Shown piece after piece: positions 40,704 through 49,903 of a stretch of 64,000 nt of DNA. Each line of letters opens with the position of its first letter. Within the stretch, counting starts at the first letter, position 1. The DNA comes from an uncultured Pseudomonadota bacterium (GTDB lineage: Bacteria; Oederibacteriota; Muellerivitia; Muellerivitales; Muellerivitaceae). A program made the position numbers and the translations under genes. A model generated the notes under the pieces. It saw only the letters and a program-made list of their open reading frames with translations, ran no database searches and had not been told where the DNA came from. The stretch spans positions 128,001-192,000 of the forward strand of contig CAWJKT010000004.1 of NCBI GenBank assembly GCA_963843375.1, in the 5' to 3' direction.

Positions 40704-42734
40704 TCAAGGACTTGGCCGGATAGTTCTCCCCTCCTCCATTAAAAGGATTAACTTTTCCGACAAAACGGCATCCCGACAGCTTTTATCAAAAGATTGCTGG
40801 AAGATTTTTGGGAGATTCCCCCAACCCTCCTCTTTATCCTCGGGATGAAAGGTTTCTTCCCAGGAATAATTGAAGGCCAATTTTTCGAAGAAAAAAGACT
40901 GTAAAAGGGAATCGTTGGGGACCCATGGATAAAATCTGGCCATGTTCCTCAAAATTTCTGTTCGTGGCTGCCCATCCGCCAGATCGATAATTTTGAATTC
41001 GATTCCCTGATACCATGAGTAAAAATCATTCCATGAATTGAAAGTTCCCGCAAGGGATGGATTGAGGGGTATCAAAACAAGTCCGTGACGGTTCGCAGGT
41101 CCGCCTGCTTCGGCAGGAAGATCGAACCATCGGGAAGAAGGAAAGCGCTGGGAAAAGACAGGCCGATAGTGCTCCAAAGTAAAAACCGCGGCCCATTTCA
41201 CGTTTCGTGCTTGGACATCGGAGTTGAGGGTCGCATTGAAGAAATAAGTGGCATAGGTCAGGATATGGTCGCTTTGCTCCGGCACCAATTCAGGGAAAAT
41301 AAAACCGGGACCTTCGCGATCCGAAAGCTGTTTCAATATTTCATAACAATATTGTTTTGGGGGAATTGTTGTCCCCCTGTCTTCCGCGTTAAAGGGCAGG
41401 AATAACCTGTTCCAGTCCAATCCTAAAGAAGTCAATAAAACCAACGGGAGAAAAGTTGCCCGACCGCGTGAAGAGAGGCGGGCCCAGAGGGACTGGGCTC
41501 CCAGAGCTGTCACGATCACCAACAAGGGGAGAAGAGGAATTATTCGGTAAGTTTCCATACTGTTGGACAGGAAGCCCGGGGATAAAAAGAGAAGAAAGAA
41601 AAAGGCAATGAACCGGGTCGACGGTTCCCGGCGGAACCGGTAAAGTTCTAGGCACCCCACGAAAAAGGAGGATGCCGATAAGACGTTTAAAAATCCACCC
41701 AAGGGCGGGACACACAACCCCTTTACTCCCCCCCAAAAAAGTACAGAAAGGTATGCCATCGCCACATTCACGGGAACCCACCAAGATGAAAAGTTTTTCC
41801 AGGAAGCTACGGCCAAAATGTGATGGCCAAAGCCCTGGGTCCGGATGGCAATCAAAAAAGGGATCAAGGCGACCCCCAGACCCATGAAGAAAACAAACAA
41901 CAAAGCATAATCTCGCGGACGTTTCTTAAAGAATTCAAAGACGATGACAACAATAATTCCAAAGGACACTACTTCCCAGGGATCAATGGTGAGGGGACCC
42001 AATCCCGCGCAAAAGCCTAAAAAACAGGTCCATTTTTTCCTGGAGGAGTTTGCGGAAGGAAAAAGATAACGTCCAAAAACGTAAAAACACCCGCATTCCC
42101 ATAAAGGAAACAAAACTCCCGCCAAGGGAGTTCTTCCAACCAACTGGGCCCAAAGATTTAAGGCTAGAAGGAAAGAAGCGAGAAAGGAAAAGGAAGAGGA
42201 AAAAAACCTTCGGGCCGCAAAATAACTTGCCAACACGGTTAAAGTGGAAAGAAAAGCTGGAGGAAAATAGAGGCTGAGGAACGGGTTGTCTGACAATTTT
42301 AGGGTGAAAAAACATAAACGGCTCAAAAGACTTGATACTTGGGAAAAATCTTGGAAGAGCCTCCAATGCCATTTCTGAAAGAGTTCCAGGGCGCTCATAC
42401 CCGTCAAAGCTTCATCCCCTTCCGGCCAAAGGCCGGAGTCGGTTAAGCGCCAAAACCGCAGAAACAAACCTAACCCGGCAGGAAAAATCCAAATCCATCG
42501 ATGTTGAAAGGTAAAAATCTCAACCGCATAGGGGGGGCGCTGGTCAGGGGATACCTCCACATGAGTCGCCCAATAAAGGAAAAAGGGCAGGGCCAAACCG
42601 AGCAAAAGGACCCAAAATCTGAAAACAAGCGGGAGTGAACCAAAGGTCAATAAGGTATTGGAAAGAAGAAATACCAGGAAATAAATCCAAGGGTTATAGG
42701 GAAGTTTCAAATCCGCCCGCGAGGTGGCTTTCAT
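40704..42734 (-). CDS. GT-C (PMT/ArnT-like) membrane glycosyltransferase, paralog 6
   Basis: LRFWRL...WPEGDEA, PPLGGFLN, ETYRIIP, FFEK; many TM segments. Confidence 0.78.
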   Translation of the reverse strand: MKATSRADLKLPYNPWIYFLVFLLSNTLLTFGSLPLVFRFWVLLLGLALPFFLYWATHVEVSPDQRPPYAVEIFTFQHRWIWIFPAGLGLFLRFWRLTDSGLWPEGDEALTGMSALELFQKWHWRLFQDFSQVSSLLSRLCFFTLKLSDNPFLSLYFPPAFLSTLTVLASYFAARRFFSSSFSFLASFLLALNLWAQLVGRTPLAGVLFPLWECGCFYVFGRYLFPSANSSRKKWTCFLGFCAGLGPLTIDPWEVVSFGIIVVIVFEFFKKRPRDYALLFVFFMGLGVALIPFLIAIRTQGFGHHILAVASWKNFSSWWVPVNVAMAYLSVLFWGGVKGLCVPPLGGFLNVLSASSFFVGCLELYRFRREPSTRFIAFFFLLFLSPGFLSNSMETYRIIPLLPLLVIVTALGAQSLWARLSSRGRATFLPLVLLTSLGLDWNRLFLPFNAEDRGTTIPPKQYCYEILKQLSDREGPGFIFPELVPEQSDHILTYATYFFNATLNSDVQARNVKWAAVFTLEHYRPVFSQRFPSSRWFDLPAEAGGPANRHGLVLIPLNPSLAGTFNSWNDFYSWYQGIEFKIIDLADGQPRTEILRNMARFYPWVPNDSLLQSFFFEKLAFNYSWEETFHPEDKEEGWGNLPKIFQQSFDKSCRDAVLSEKLILLMEEGRTIRPSP

Positions 42735-42842
42735 AGGAGTTCTTTCTTTAAAAACCGTCGGCGGGAAGGCGCTTTTCCAAAACCCGCAGTCCGTCAGCAT
42801 AGTTAAAGCGTTTTTAAAAATCCTTTTGTTGGCCGAATAATC

Positions 42843-43196
42843 CTAACAGGCCTTAAACCATCCTTCCAAATTTTTTTCAATGAGGTTCAGACGTTTTACC
42901 CAACGGTCATGTAGTTCGGATGACAAAAGGTTCTTCTTTAGGCAAAGAGAGATCAAAGGAACGCACTCATGGGTGAGGGCGAGGGAATCCTCGAGGAGTT
43001 TTTGGGTGCGGGCCATATTGGAAGAATCTTGGGCGGCAGCAACTTTTTGGGATAATTCGTGGATCTGGCGTTTAAGACGGGATACGGCTTCATGCTTCAA
43101 GGCCCAGGGCAGGTGCCGGTAGGTTTTGTTGATTTCACTGGCTAGGTCACCGCAGAGAGCGGCTATGTCGACGTTCAAGAAGTCTGATGAAGGCAT
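42843..43196 (-). CDS. Divergent four-helix-bundle protein (23S rRNA IVP / Avd-like fold)
   Basis: 117 aa, all-helical; LP...SRLKRQ, ECVPLISLC, IEKNLEGW; lacks the usual SNIAEG motif. Confidence 0.6.
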   Translation of the reverse strand: MPSSDFLNVDIAALCGDLASEINKTYRHLPWALKHEAVSRLKRQIHELSQKVAAAQDSSNMARTQKLLEDSLALTHECVPLISLCLKKNLLSSELHDRWVKRLNLIEKNLEGWFKAC

Positions 43197-43205
43197 GGAC
43201 TTATT

Positions 43206-45287
43206 TTATGGCAATGTCGATTGCTTCCCAAGTGTTCCAAGGGTAGGGCCCACGTTTTTTCCTGAGTTACGATCGTTTGTTGATAAGCTAAAAACTGAAA
43301 GGTACCATAAACGGCAGGGATAGGCTGTTTTACGGGCTCGATCCATAGCCTGATTGGCGGCCTGATAATTACCATCCTTCAGAAAACATTGGATGATTTT
43401 TTCAAAAAGACAGGATTCTAAAAAAGGATCATTGCGGAATTCCGATTGAAGTTCAGCCATGACTTTCAGCGCTTCGCCAGGGGCATTCTTATCGTGGCCT
43501 AATAGGATGGCATTGATTTGATCAAAAGAAGCGTGTGGTGCAATCCAGGATTGAATGGTAGAAATCTGGGAAGGGGGCCAACGAAAAATCCCAAGTAAAA
43601 GGCTGCCATACCCTGGATGTACATCCGTTGCCAATGGATACCATTGCGCTTCTGGAAAGCGTTTCCTTAAAGAGGCTTCGTAATCGGAATTTACAATGAT
43701 GCCAGCCCAACGGATTTCTTGAAATGATAAATTTTTGTTATCCAACTCGTTAAAAGGATAACAAGCGATCCGCAAAGTTTGATCCGGTAATCCCAAGTCC
43801 CCGCTGAAGTCGGCCGCGAACTCGGTAAACACCCACCCCGGCCCCAAATTATCGGAGGTTTTTTTTAGGATTTGATAAGCCTGGAATTTGGCTGCAGATT
43901 TGAACTCGATATTGTGTTTTCCGGGTATCTGCCATTGGCGGAAAGGACCCATCAATTGATAAGTATCAAGTGAACAGGAGAGCAAGAGCAAAGTCGCCAA
44001 GATTAAAGTGCGGCGGTCAGGTTGGGTGTCCGCCAAGAGTTTTTGAAACCCCACGCAAGCTAATCCCAAGCCAATGGGAAGGACCGCAGCAATCCGCATC
44101 ATTTCCTGATTTCCCGATAAAAGTCCCGGCAGGAGCAGGAAAATAAAAGCGAAAAGGCTTCCCCAAGCTTCCGTGTATTTCCTGAATCGAACGGCTTCAG
44201 CTATTCCAATGAAAATGGCCGAACTTAAAACAGGATTCCAAAGGCCTCCCCAAAATGCCGTAAATCGAAAGTCCCCGTTCCAATTCCCCCAAAAAAGGGC
44301 GGTGATATAAGAAAGAGAATCCCGAAGCCGATCAAAAAACGGTCTTGGCGAGGAGTTAAATAACCAGTTTTGAGACACATGCTGCCCGAATCCAAAATGG
44401 AAAACTTGCCATAATAATGGTCCAAGTAAAACGAGGAAGGAGACCAAAAACGCGAAAAAAGAGAGGTAGCCATTTTTTTTCCCTTGAAGAAGTAACCAAA
44501 GCCCCAAGAAAGGAGGAATGGCAATCAAAAAATTAGTGAAATAATATCCGATACCTATAGTTGCTCCTATTATCGTGGCCCAAATGATCCTATGTTTTGC
44601 GGATGAAAGGTGCCAAGTCGCCAACACCCCCCCGAGGACGCATTCCAAGGCCAATGCCAAGCTAACATTAGGGCACATCACTTCGATGAGAAGAGGCCAA
44701 AAACTGAAGGCGAGAAAAAAAAACATGAGGAAGGAAAAAGACCGGTTGAAAAAAAGACGAACTACTCCATAACCCGTTAATAAGCAAAAAAACGAAAAAA
44801 AACAAAAATAAAGCCAAATAGCGTCTAAAGACGGAGAAAAAATTTTATAAAAAACTGTGATTATCCATAGGTAACCAACCGGGACATCGGAATAACCATA
44901 AAAAAACTGATGATTCCAGACTTGAGAAATTTTTAAGGCGAAATAATCCAAAAAACCATTGTCAAAAATTGGCCAAATGCTCAGGTTATGGGATACAAAC
45001 CAGCGGATGGCGAATGCTAAAAAAAAGAGGAAAAACAAAGCTATAGGGGAGGGAGTTTTGAAAAATTCAATTTTCCAGGGCGGGGTCGGTTCGGAGGGAT
45101 AGGCTTTTTTAAAAACGATCCCAAATGGAACAACAACCATGAATCCGAATATAAAAATTTTTAAAATCAGCGGCAAGGAAGAATAGGCCAGGATTGAATT
45201 AGCCACAAAACTCAAGGCAAAAAGCTGGAAAGAAGATATGGGTTTCACAAACAATTTGTTGATTGTTGGGAGCATGAAATGGGACAT
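43206..45287 (-). CDS. GT-C (PMT/ArnT-like) membrane glycosyltransferase, paralog 5
   Basis: WPIFDNG, FWGGLWNP, PDQTL, DPFLESCLFEK. Confidence 0.75.
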   Translation of the reverse strand: MSHFMLPTINKLFVKPISSFQLFALSFVANSILAYSSLPLILKIFIFGFMVVVPFGIVFKKAYPSEPTPPWKIEFFKTPSPIALFFLFFLAFAIRWFVSHNLSIWPIFDNGFLDYFALKISQVWNHQFFYGYSDVPVGYLWIITVFYKIFSPSLDAIWLYFCFFSFFCLLTGYGVVRLFFNRSFSFLMFFFLAFSFWPLLIEVMCPNVSLALALECVLGGVLATWHLSSAKHRIIWATIIGATIGIGYYFTNFLIAIPPFLGLWLLLQGKKNGYLSFFAFLVSFLVLLGPLLWQVFHFGFGQHVSQNWLFNSSPRPFFDRLRDSLSYITALFWGNWNGDFRFTAFWGGLWNPVLSSAIFIGIAEAVRFRKYTEAWGSLFAFIFLLLPGLLSGNQEMMRIAAVLPIGLGLACVGFQKLLADTQPDRRTLILATLLLLSCSLDTYQLMGPFRQWQIPGKHNIEFKSAAKFQAYQILKKTSDNLGPGWVFTEFAADFSGDLGLPDQTLRIACYPFNELDNKNLSFQEIRWAGIIVNSDYEASLRKRFPEAQWYPLATDVHPGYGSLLLGIFRWPPSQISTIQSWIAPHASFDQINAILLGHDKNAPGEALKVMAELQSEFRNDPFLESCLFEKIIQCFLKDGNYQAANQAMDRARKTAYPCRLWYLSVFSLSTNDRNSGKNVGPTLGTLGKQSTLP

Positions 45288-45575
45288 CGCCTGTAAAAAA
45301 TAGAAGGTTTTTTCAATTTTTCAGCCCGAACAATTTTAAATATGATTGTTTTAAATCCGAAGTGGAAAACGCGATCAAAACGGAGGGGAATCTTCATTGT
45401 TTGTTCACCATTAAACTTAATTGTGGGTTAGGCGTCTCGATGGAAATTTATTTTAGACTTTATTGGGTTGGGTAACATATTTATTTTAGGAAACTTAACA
45501 GACTGAGAGCGGGTTTTTCCTAGGCTCTTTCCTTGAGTATTTTCAAACACAACTGCTCCGGGTTTCGTTTCTGTT

Positions 45576-47786
45576 TTATTTTGAAGAATCCCCAATGTTC
45601 TTTTGTCTTGGCAGGGTCTGAAGATAGTCTGCGGCCATGGTTAGATTTAGGGGGGCCTTCGTTGCTTTTTGAAAAGCTTGACGGGCGCCGGTTATGTTGT
45701 TTTCTACCATATATAAAGCTCCCAAACGTTCATAAAGATGGGCCGCTGGATAACCCTGCTCAGTCGCTTTTTTCAAATCCGAAATGCTTTTTTCAAAATT
45801 GAGGGGAGTTTGAGAAGAAAAAAGAGGTGTTCCTGAAGTTTGGCCATTTAAAAAGGCCGATTCTTTGAACTCAAGGTCTGCGGCTTTTTCCCAATAAATG
45901 CTTTCCAAAAATCGGTCTTTTTCAAAAAAAGGATAGGCCTCGGAAAGATCCTGGGATTGCTCAGCATAAGACTGGATTTCTCTCGAGCATATTTGCCGGT
46001 CGATCATAGGTGTTAAAGCGCCTGAAGCTTTCTGCCAAGTTCTCAAGGCCTCCCTTCGGGATGGGTCGAGGGACATTTCCCAGATCATATAACCGCCATC
46101 GGGGTTGGGGTGTTCCCCGGATGAAAACCAATGGACTTTTCCCCCCGGAAAACGACGGGAAAGAAAAGGCGCATAATTCACGTTGGTTAAGACCGCAGCC
46201 CAAGAAGCCCGGTCAAAATCGAGCCGAGTATTGATGGCTGCGTTATAGCCTGCCGTGGCCATTTCCAAGGTTTCATCCGGCAGGACCTGGAAGAAGAGTG
46301 TAAAAACAAGGCCATCCCCCTTTGTCCTATGGATTTTTTCGATTTCTTCATAGGCCTGATAAAGCCTGCTGGATTTGGTGTAATACTTTTCCATTTCGGC
46401 GGAAAAGGCCCAATGTTTTTGGTAGGGACCGTTCAAGTGGTAAAGATCCGTACCCATGGAAAGGGCCAAGCCAGCGACCCAAAAAAAGGAGAATCGACGG
46501 AGGGGAAAGGCCATCAAAAGTTTTTGGCATCCCACGGCCACAACGATAGCCAAGAGAGGCAACAATGGAATAATCCGAAAAAATTCCTCAAAGTTGCTTA
46601 AGAGGCCCGGTAAAAGGGTGAGCCCCAAGGCCACACCCATCCAAAGGCAGAAAGGATCCCGGCGCCGACGAAAGAGTTCCAGGATTCCCAAGTCGCATAA
46701 GGATGAAATCAAAGGATTAAAAAATCCACCCCACACTGGTGCGAAATAAATGGATTTTCCAACCGGTCCCCAGAACAAGGAAGTGACATAAGAGGCAGAT
46801 ACTAGCAATTGCTCAAAAGGGCTTGATTCGGGTCGAAGGGCGGCAGTTTGCAAAAGATACGAACCCAGATGGCTTTTCCAGGCTTCCACCACGAGAGGAA
46901 TGGGAATGAGAAGCATAGGAAGTAAAAAACACAAAAAGGCCGGAATCCGAGTAATGGAGGGCCGCCGTAAGGTGGCCAGCACCGTAAGGGTAAAAAGCAG
47001 CGCAAGAAAGAGCCAGTGATAGTGGACATAAAAACCCAAACCAGTCCAAATTCCCAGCAGGGCGAGGAAAGTTTTTTGGAGGTTATACTTCTCGGTTTTC
47101 AAATAAAGAACCAGAAATACAAAACCGCCGCATTCCCAGAGGGGAACCAAGGTGCCTTCCACGGCCGTTCGGGCAGTGGAAAGAGACCAAAAATTAAAAG
47201 CCAGGATAAAGGCCACAATGAAAGCGAAGGAACTGGAGAAGAAATATCGCGCCGCAAGAAAACCCAACAGCAAAGTAAAAACAGAAATTAATCCTGAATA
47301 TAGCCAAAGTGAAGCCAGAGAAGGCTGGAAAATTTTGAAAAAAATCCCAAGCCCCCAAACAAAGAAGGGAGGAATTCGACTGTTACCGTAAAAGAGACTC
47401 CATTGGTTTTGAAAAGCGGCTTCCAATGCGAAATGAGCGTTTTTACCCTCATCAATATGGGGCCAAACGGAAAAAGTGGAGAGGTTATAAAACCTCAAGT
47501 AAACCGCCAATGCCCCCAAAATTGCCAGCAGAACGGCGGGCACTTGCGGGAAGGTTTTTTGCTCCCAAAGAGGCTTTTCCGACAAGGGCGCTGGAACTAT
47601 TGAAACCAGGGCCCAACCGATGGGAAAAGCCAAGCCAATTAGGAAAATCCAGAGTTTTGCTTCCGCCGGAAGTGACCCATAGGAAAGAATGGAATTAGCC
47701 ACTACGAATAAGAAAAAGAAAAGTCCAGGGTGGTCATAGGGAGCAAGCTGGAGGAAAAATTTTTGAAATATATTTTTCAACTTCAA
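45576..47786 (-). CDS. GT-C membrane glycosyltransferase with C-terminal TPR-like helix pair, paralog 4
   Basis: WPHIDEG, PVWGGFFNP, PDETL, GYPAAHLYERLG; TTG start overlaps the upstream TGA. Confidence 0.8.
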   Translation of the reverse strand: MKLKNIFQKFFLQLAPYDHPGLFFFLFVVANSILSYGSLPAEAKLWIFLIGLAFPIGWALVSIVPAPLSEKPLWEQKTFPQVPAVLLAILGALAVYLRFYNLSTFSVWPHIDEGKNAHFALEAAFQNQWSLFYGNSRIPPFFVWGLGIFFKIFQPSLASLWLYSGLISVFTLLLGFLAARYFFSSSFAFIVAFILAFNFWSLSTARTAVEGTLVPLWECGGFVFLVLYLKTEKYNLQKTFLALLGIWTGLGFYVHYHWLFLALLFTLTVLATLRRPSITRIPAFLCFLLPMLLIPIPLVVEAWKSHLGSYLLQTAALRPESSPFEQLLVSASYVTSLFWGPVGKSIYFAPVWGGFFNPLISSLCDLGILELFRRRRDPFCLWMGVALGLTLLPGLLSNFEEFFRIIPLLPLLAIVVAVGCQKLLMAFPLRRFSFFWVAGLALSMGTDLYHLNGPYQKHWAFSAEMEKYYTKSSRLYQAYEEIEKIHRTKGDGLVFTLFFQVLPDETLEMATAGYNAAINTRLDFDRASWAAVLTNVNYAPFLSRRFPGGKVHWFSSGEHPNPDGGYMIWEMSLDPSRREALRTWQKASGALTPMIDRQICSREIQSYAEQSQDLSEAYPFFEKDRFLESIYWEKAADLEFKESAFLNGQTSGTPLFSSQTPLNFEKSISDLKKATEQGYPAAHLYERLGALYMVENNITGARQAFQKATKAPLNLTMAADYLQTLPRQKNIGDSSK

Positions 47787-49903
47787 TTCCCCGCGGCCAT
47801 AGTTTTTTTCAAAAAAGAATCGGCATCCGTACGGTTGAGGGGAGCTTTCAAAGCTTTTTGAAAGGCGCCTTCGGCTTCTTTTTTATCACCCGCGATCTCA
47901 AAAAAAACACCCAAATGCTCATATAAATGAGCTGCCGGGTATCCCTCTTGAATAGCTTTTTCTAAGGCTTGAACAGCTTGGCGGTAAGATTCGGAGCCTG
48001 GAGTTAAAAAAGAATCTTTGAAATAGGTGTCGGCAGCCCTCTCCCAAAAGCAGGACCTTAAAAAGGGATCGGAAGCAAAGGCCGGTTCGGCGACGAACAA
48101 AGCTTTCAGGCTATCCTGATAGGTGCGGTCCGGAAAGTAACCGATGGTTTCATCCACAAAGGAACGCAAGGCCAGATCGGCTATTTGCCAGTTTTTTAAT
48201 TCCTTGATCCGAGAAGCTTCCAACGGCATTACGAAAAGCATAAGGCCCCCATCGGGCGGGGAAAAATCCTTGGACAGCCAGGAATAGCGACCGTCCGGAA
48301 ATCTTTTGGTTAAGAAGGGCTGATAATTGACGTTGGTCAGTATCGCACCCCACCGGGCCTTTTCGAAGGAAAGGTCAGGGTTTTCAGCTGCGTTGAAATC
48401 ATGGGTGGCTACAGTCAAGGTCTGGTCCGGCAAGCCGGAAACGAAATCATTGAAGAGAAGCCCCGGGCCCTTTTCGGAAGCGATTTGTTTTAGAAGGTTG
48501 TAGGCCCGGAAACGTTCCACGGATTTGGTATAACCGCGCCAATTGTCGGAGGAGTCCCAAAGATGGTGATAAACTCCGAACAAATGGTAGGTGTCCAAAC
48601 CCACTGAAGGGAGAAGTAAAAGAAGGCTTAAAACCATTCCTTTTTTGCCCAGAAAGGACTCTCCCAATTTTTTCCAGCCCAAAACCGTAATGGCCAACAG
48701 GACCGGAATCACCGGAACTATCCGGAAAGTTTCGCGGTCGCTTGTCAAAAGTCCGGGAAGGAGGAAAAGGAAAAAAGCCCAAAGGAGCCAGCGATTCAAG
48801 CCAAGTCGACGATTTTTAAATATATCCAATAGGCCCAGAAAAAAGAGAGAACCCAGAACCGGATTCAAGAACCCCCCCCATAAGGGTTGATAAGTATGAA
48901 AGCGGGGATCCATTCCCCAGAAGAGGGAGGAAATATAGGAAAAAGAAATGGCGGCTTGTTGGATCCATGAAGAGCTTTGGTGAAAAGCCGCCAGATGACG
49001 CAGGTAAGGGCCGTATCCCCGGGTGGCGCAGAAGTAAAAAAAAGGAAGGAACAGCGAAAGAAAGGGAAAAATCCAAAAGAGAAAGGCTCGTTGAGAAGTT
49101 TTTTCCCCGGTTATCAGATCATATAAAAGGGTTGCCACCAAGACAGCGGCAATGACCGCCCAATGGATGTGAATCAAAAAGCCAAACCCTAGCAGGAGTC
49201 CCAGTGCCAAAGCCCATTTTTTCTTAGAGGAGGGGTACGAAGGATGAAGAACTCCTCCCAAAAGGTAAAAGGCCAGGCATTCCGCCAAAAGAACAAGTCC
49301 AGTCATGAAGGAAAATCTTCCCAAGAGCCAAGGCCAAAAACTAAACGCCGCCAGGAGTACACAAAGAAAGGAAAATGATTTTGAAAAAAAACGGGTGGCG
49401 GCTAAATAAGCGATGGGAACTACCGAAATTGAAATTAGGGCTGGAAGCAACCAAAGGCTTGTCAGGGAAGTTCCGAAAATCCTAAAGGTCAGACTGAGCA
49501 GCCAAATATAAAAAGGGGGGACACGACTATCCCCATAAAACAACCGCCAATCCCATTTTTCATTCAACTGGAGGGCGTAATACCCATAGACTCCCTCGTC
49601 GTAGTGGGGCCAAACCGAAAGAGTGGTCAGTTGGGCAAGTCGCACGGATACGGCAAGGATCGCGACCAAAATCCATATCCAAGCTGGAATGAATGGTAAA
49701 AATTCCAATTGTTTCATCGTTTTTTCATTTTGGATTTCACCCCTGCTCGTTCCCAGCCAAAGCACAGCCGGCACCAGGAGCCCCCCCAAGCCGATCCAAA
49801 TCTTGGTTTCCAATGAAAAAGGCAGATAAGACAATCCCAGGTTGGCCGCTAGGAAAACAAAAAAGAGAAGCCATGGGGTATGAAGCCATTCATTTTTTTT
49901 CAT
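47783..49903 (-). CDS. GT-C membrane glycosyltransferase with C-terminal TPR-like helix pair, paralog 3
   Basis: WPHYDEG, YQPLWGGFLNP, PDQTL, GYPAAHLYEHLG; ATGA overlap with the upstream gene. Confidence 0.8.
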   Translation of the reverse strand: MKKNEWLHTPWLLFFVFLAANLGLSYLPFSLETKIWIGLGGLLVPAVLWLGTSRGEIQNEKTMKQLEFLPFIPAWIWILVAILAVSVRLAQLTTLSVWPHYDEGVYGYYALQLNEKWDWRLFYGDSRVPPFYIWLLSLTFRIFGTSLTSLWLLPALISISVVPIAYLAATRFFSKSFSFLCVLLAAFSFWPWLLGRFSFMTGLVLLAECLAFYLLGGVLHPSYPSSKKKWALALGLLLGFGFLIHIHWAVIAAVLVATLLYDLITGEKTSQRAFLFWIFPFLSLFLPFFYFCATRGYGPYLRHLAAFHQSSSWIQQAAISFSYISSLFWGMDPRFHTYQPLWGGFLNPVLGSLFFLGLLDIFKNRRLGLNRWLLWAFFLFLLPGLLTSDRETFRIVPVIPVLLAITVLGWKKLGESFLGKKGMVLSLLLLLPSVGLDTYHLFGVYHHLWDSSDNWRGYTKSVERFRAYNLLKQIASEKGPGLLFNDFVSGLPDQTLTVATHDFNAAENPDLSFEKARWGAILTNVNYQPFLTKRFPDGRYSWLSKDFSPPDGGLMLFVMPLEASRIKELKNWQIADLALRSFVDETIGYFPDRTYQDSLKALFVAEPAFASDPFLRSCFWERAADTYFKDSFLTPGSESYRQAVQALEKAIQEGYPAAHLYEHLGVFFEIAGDKKEAEGAFQKALKAPLNRTDADSFLKKTMAAGN

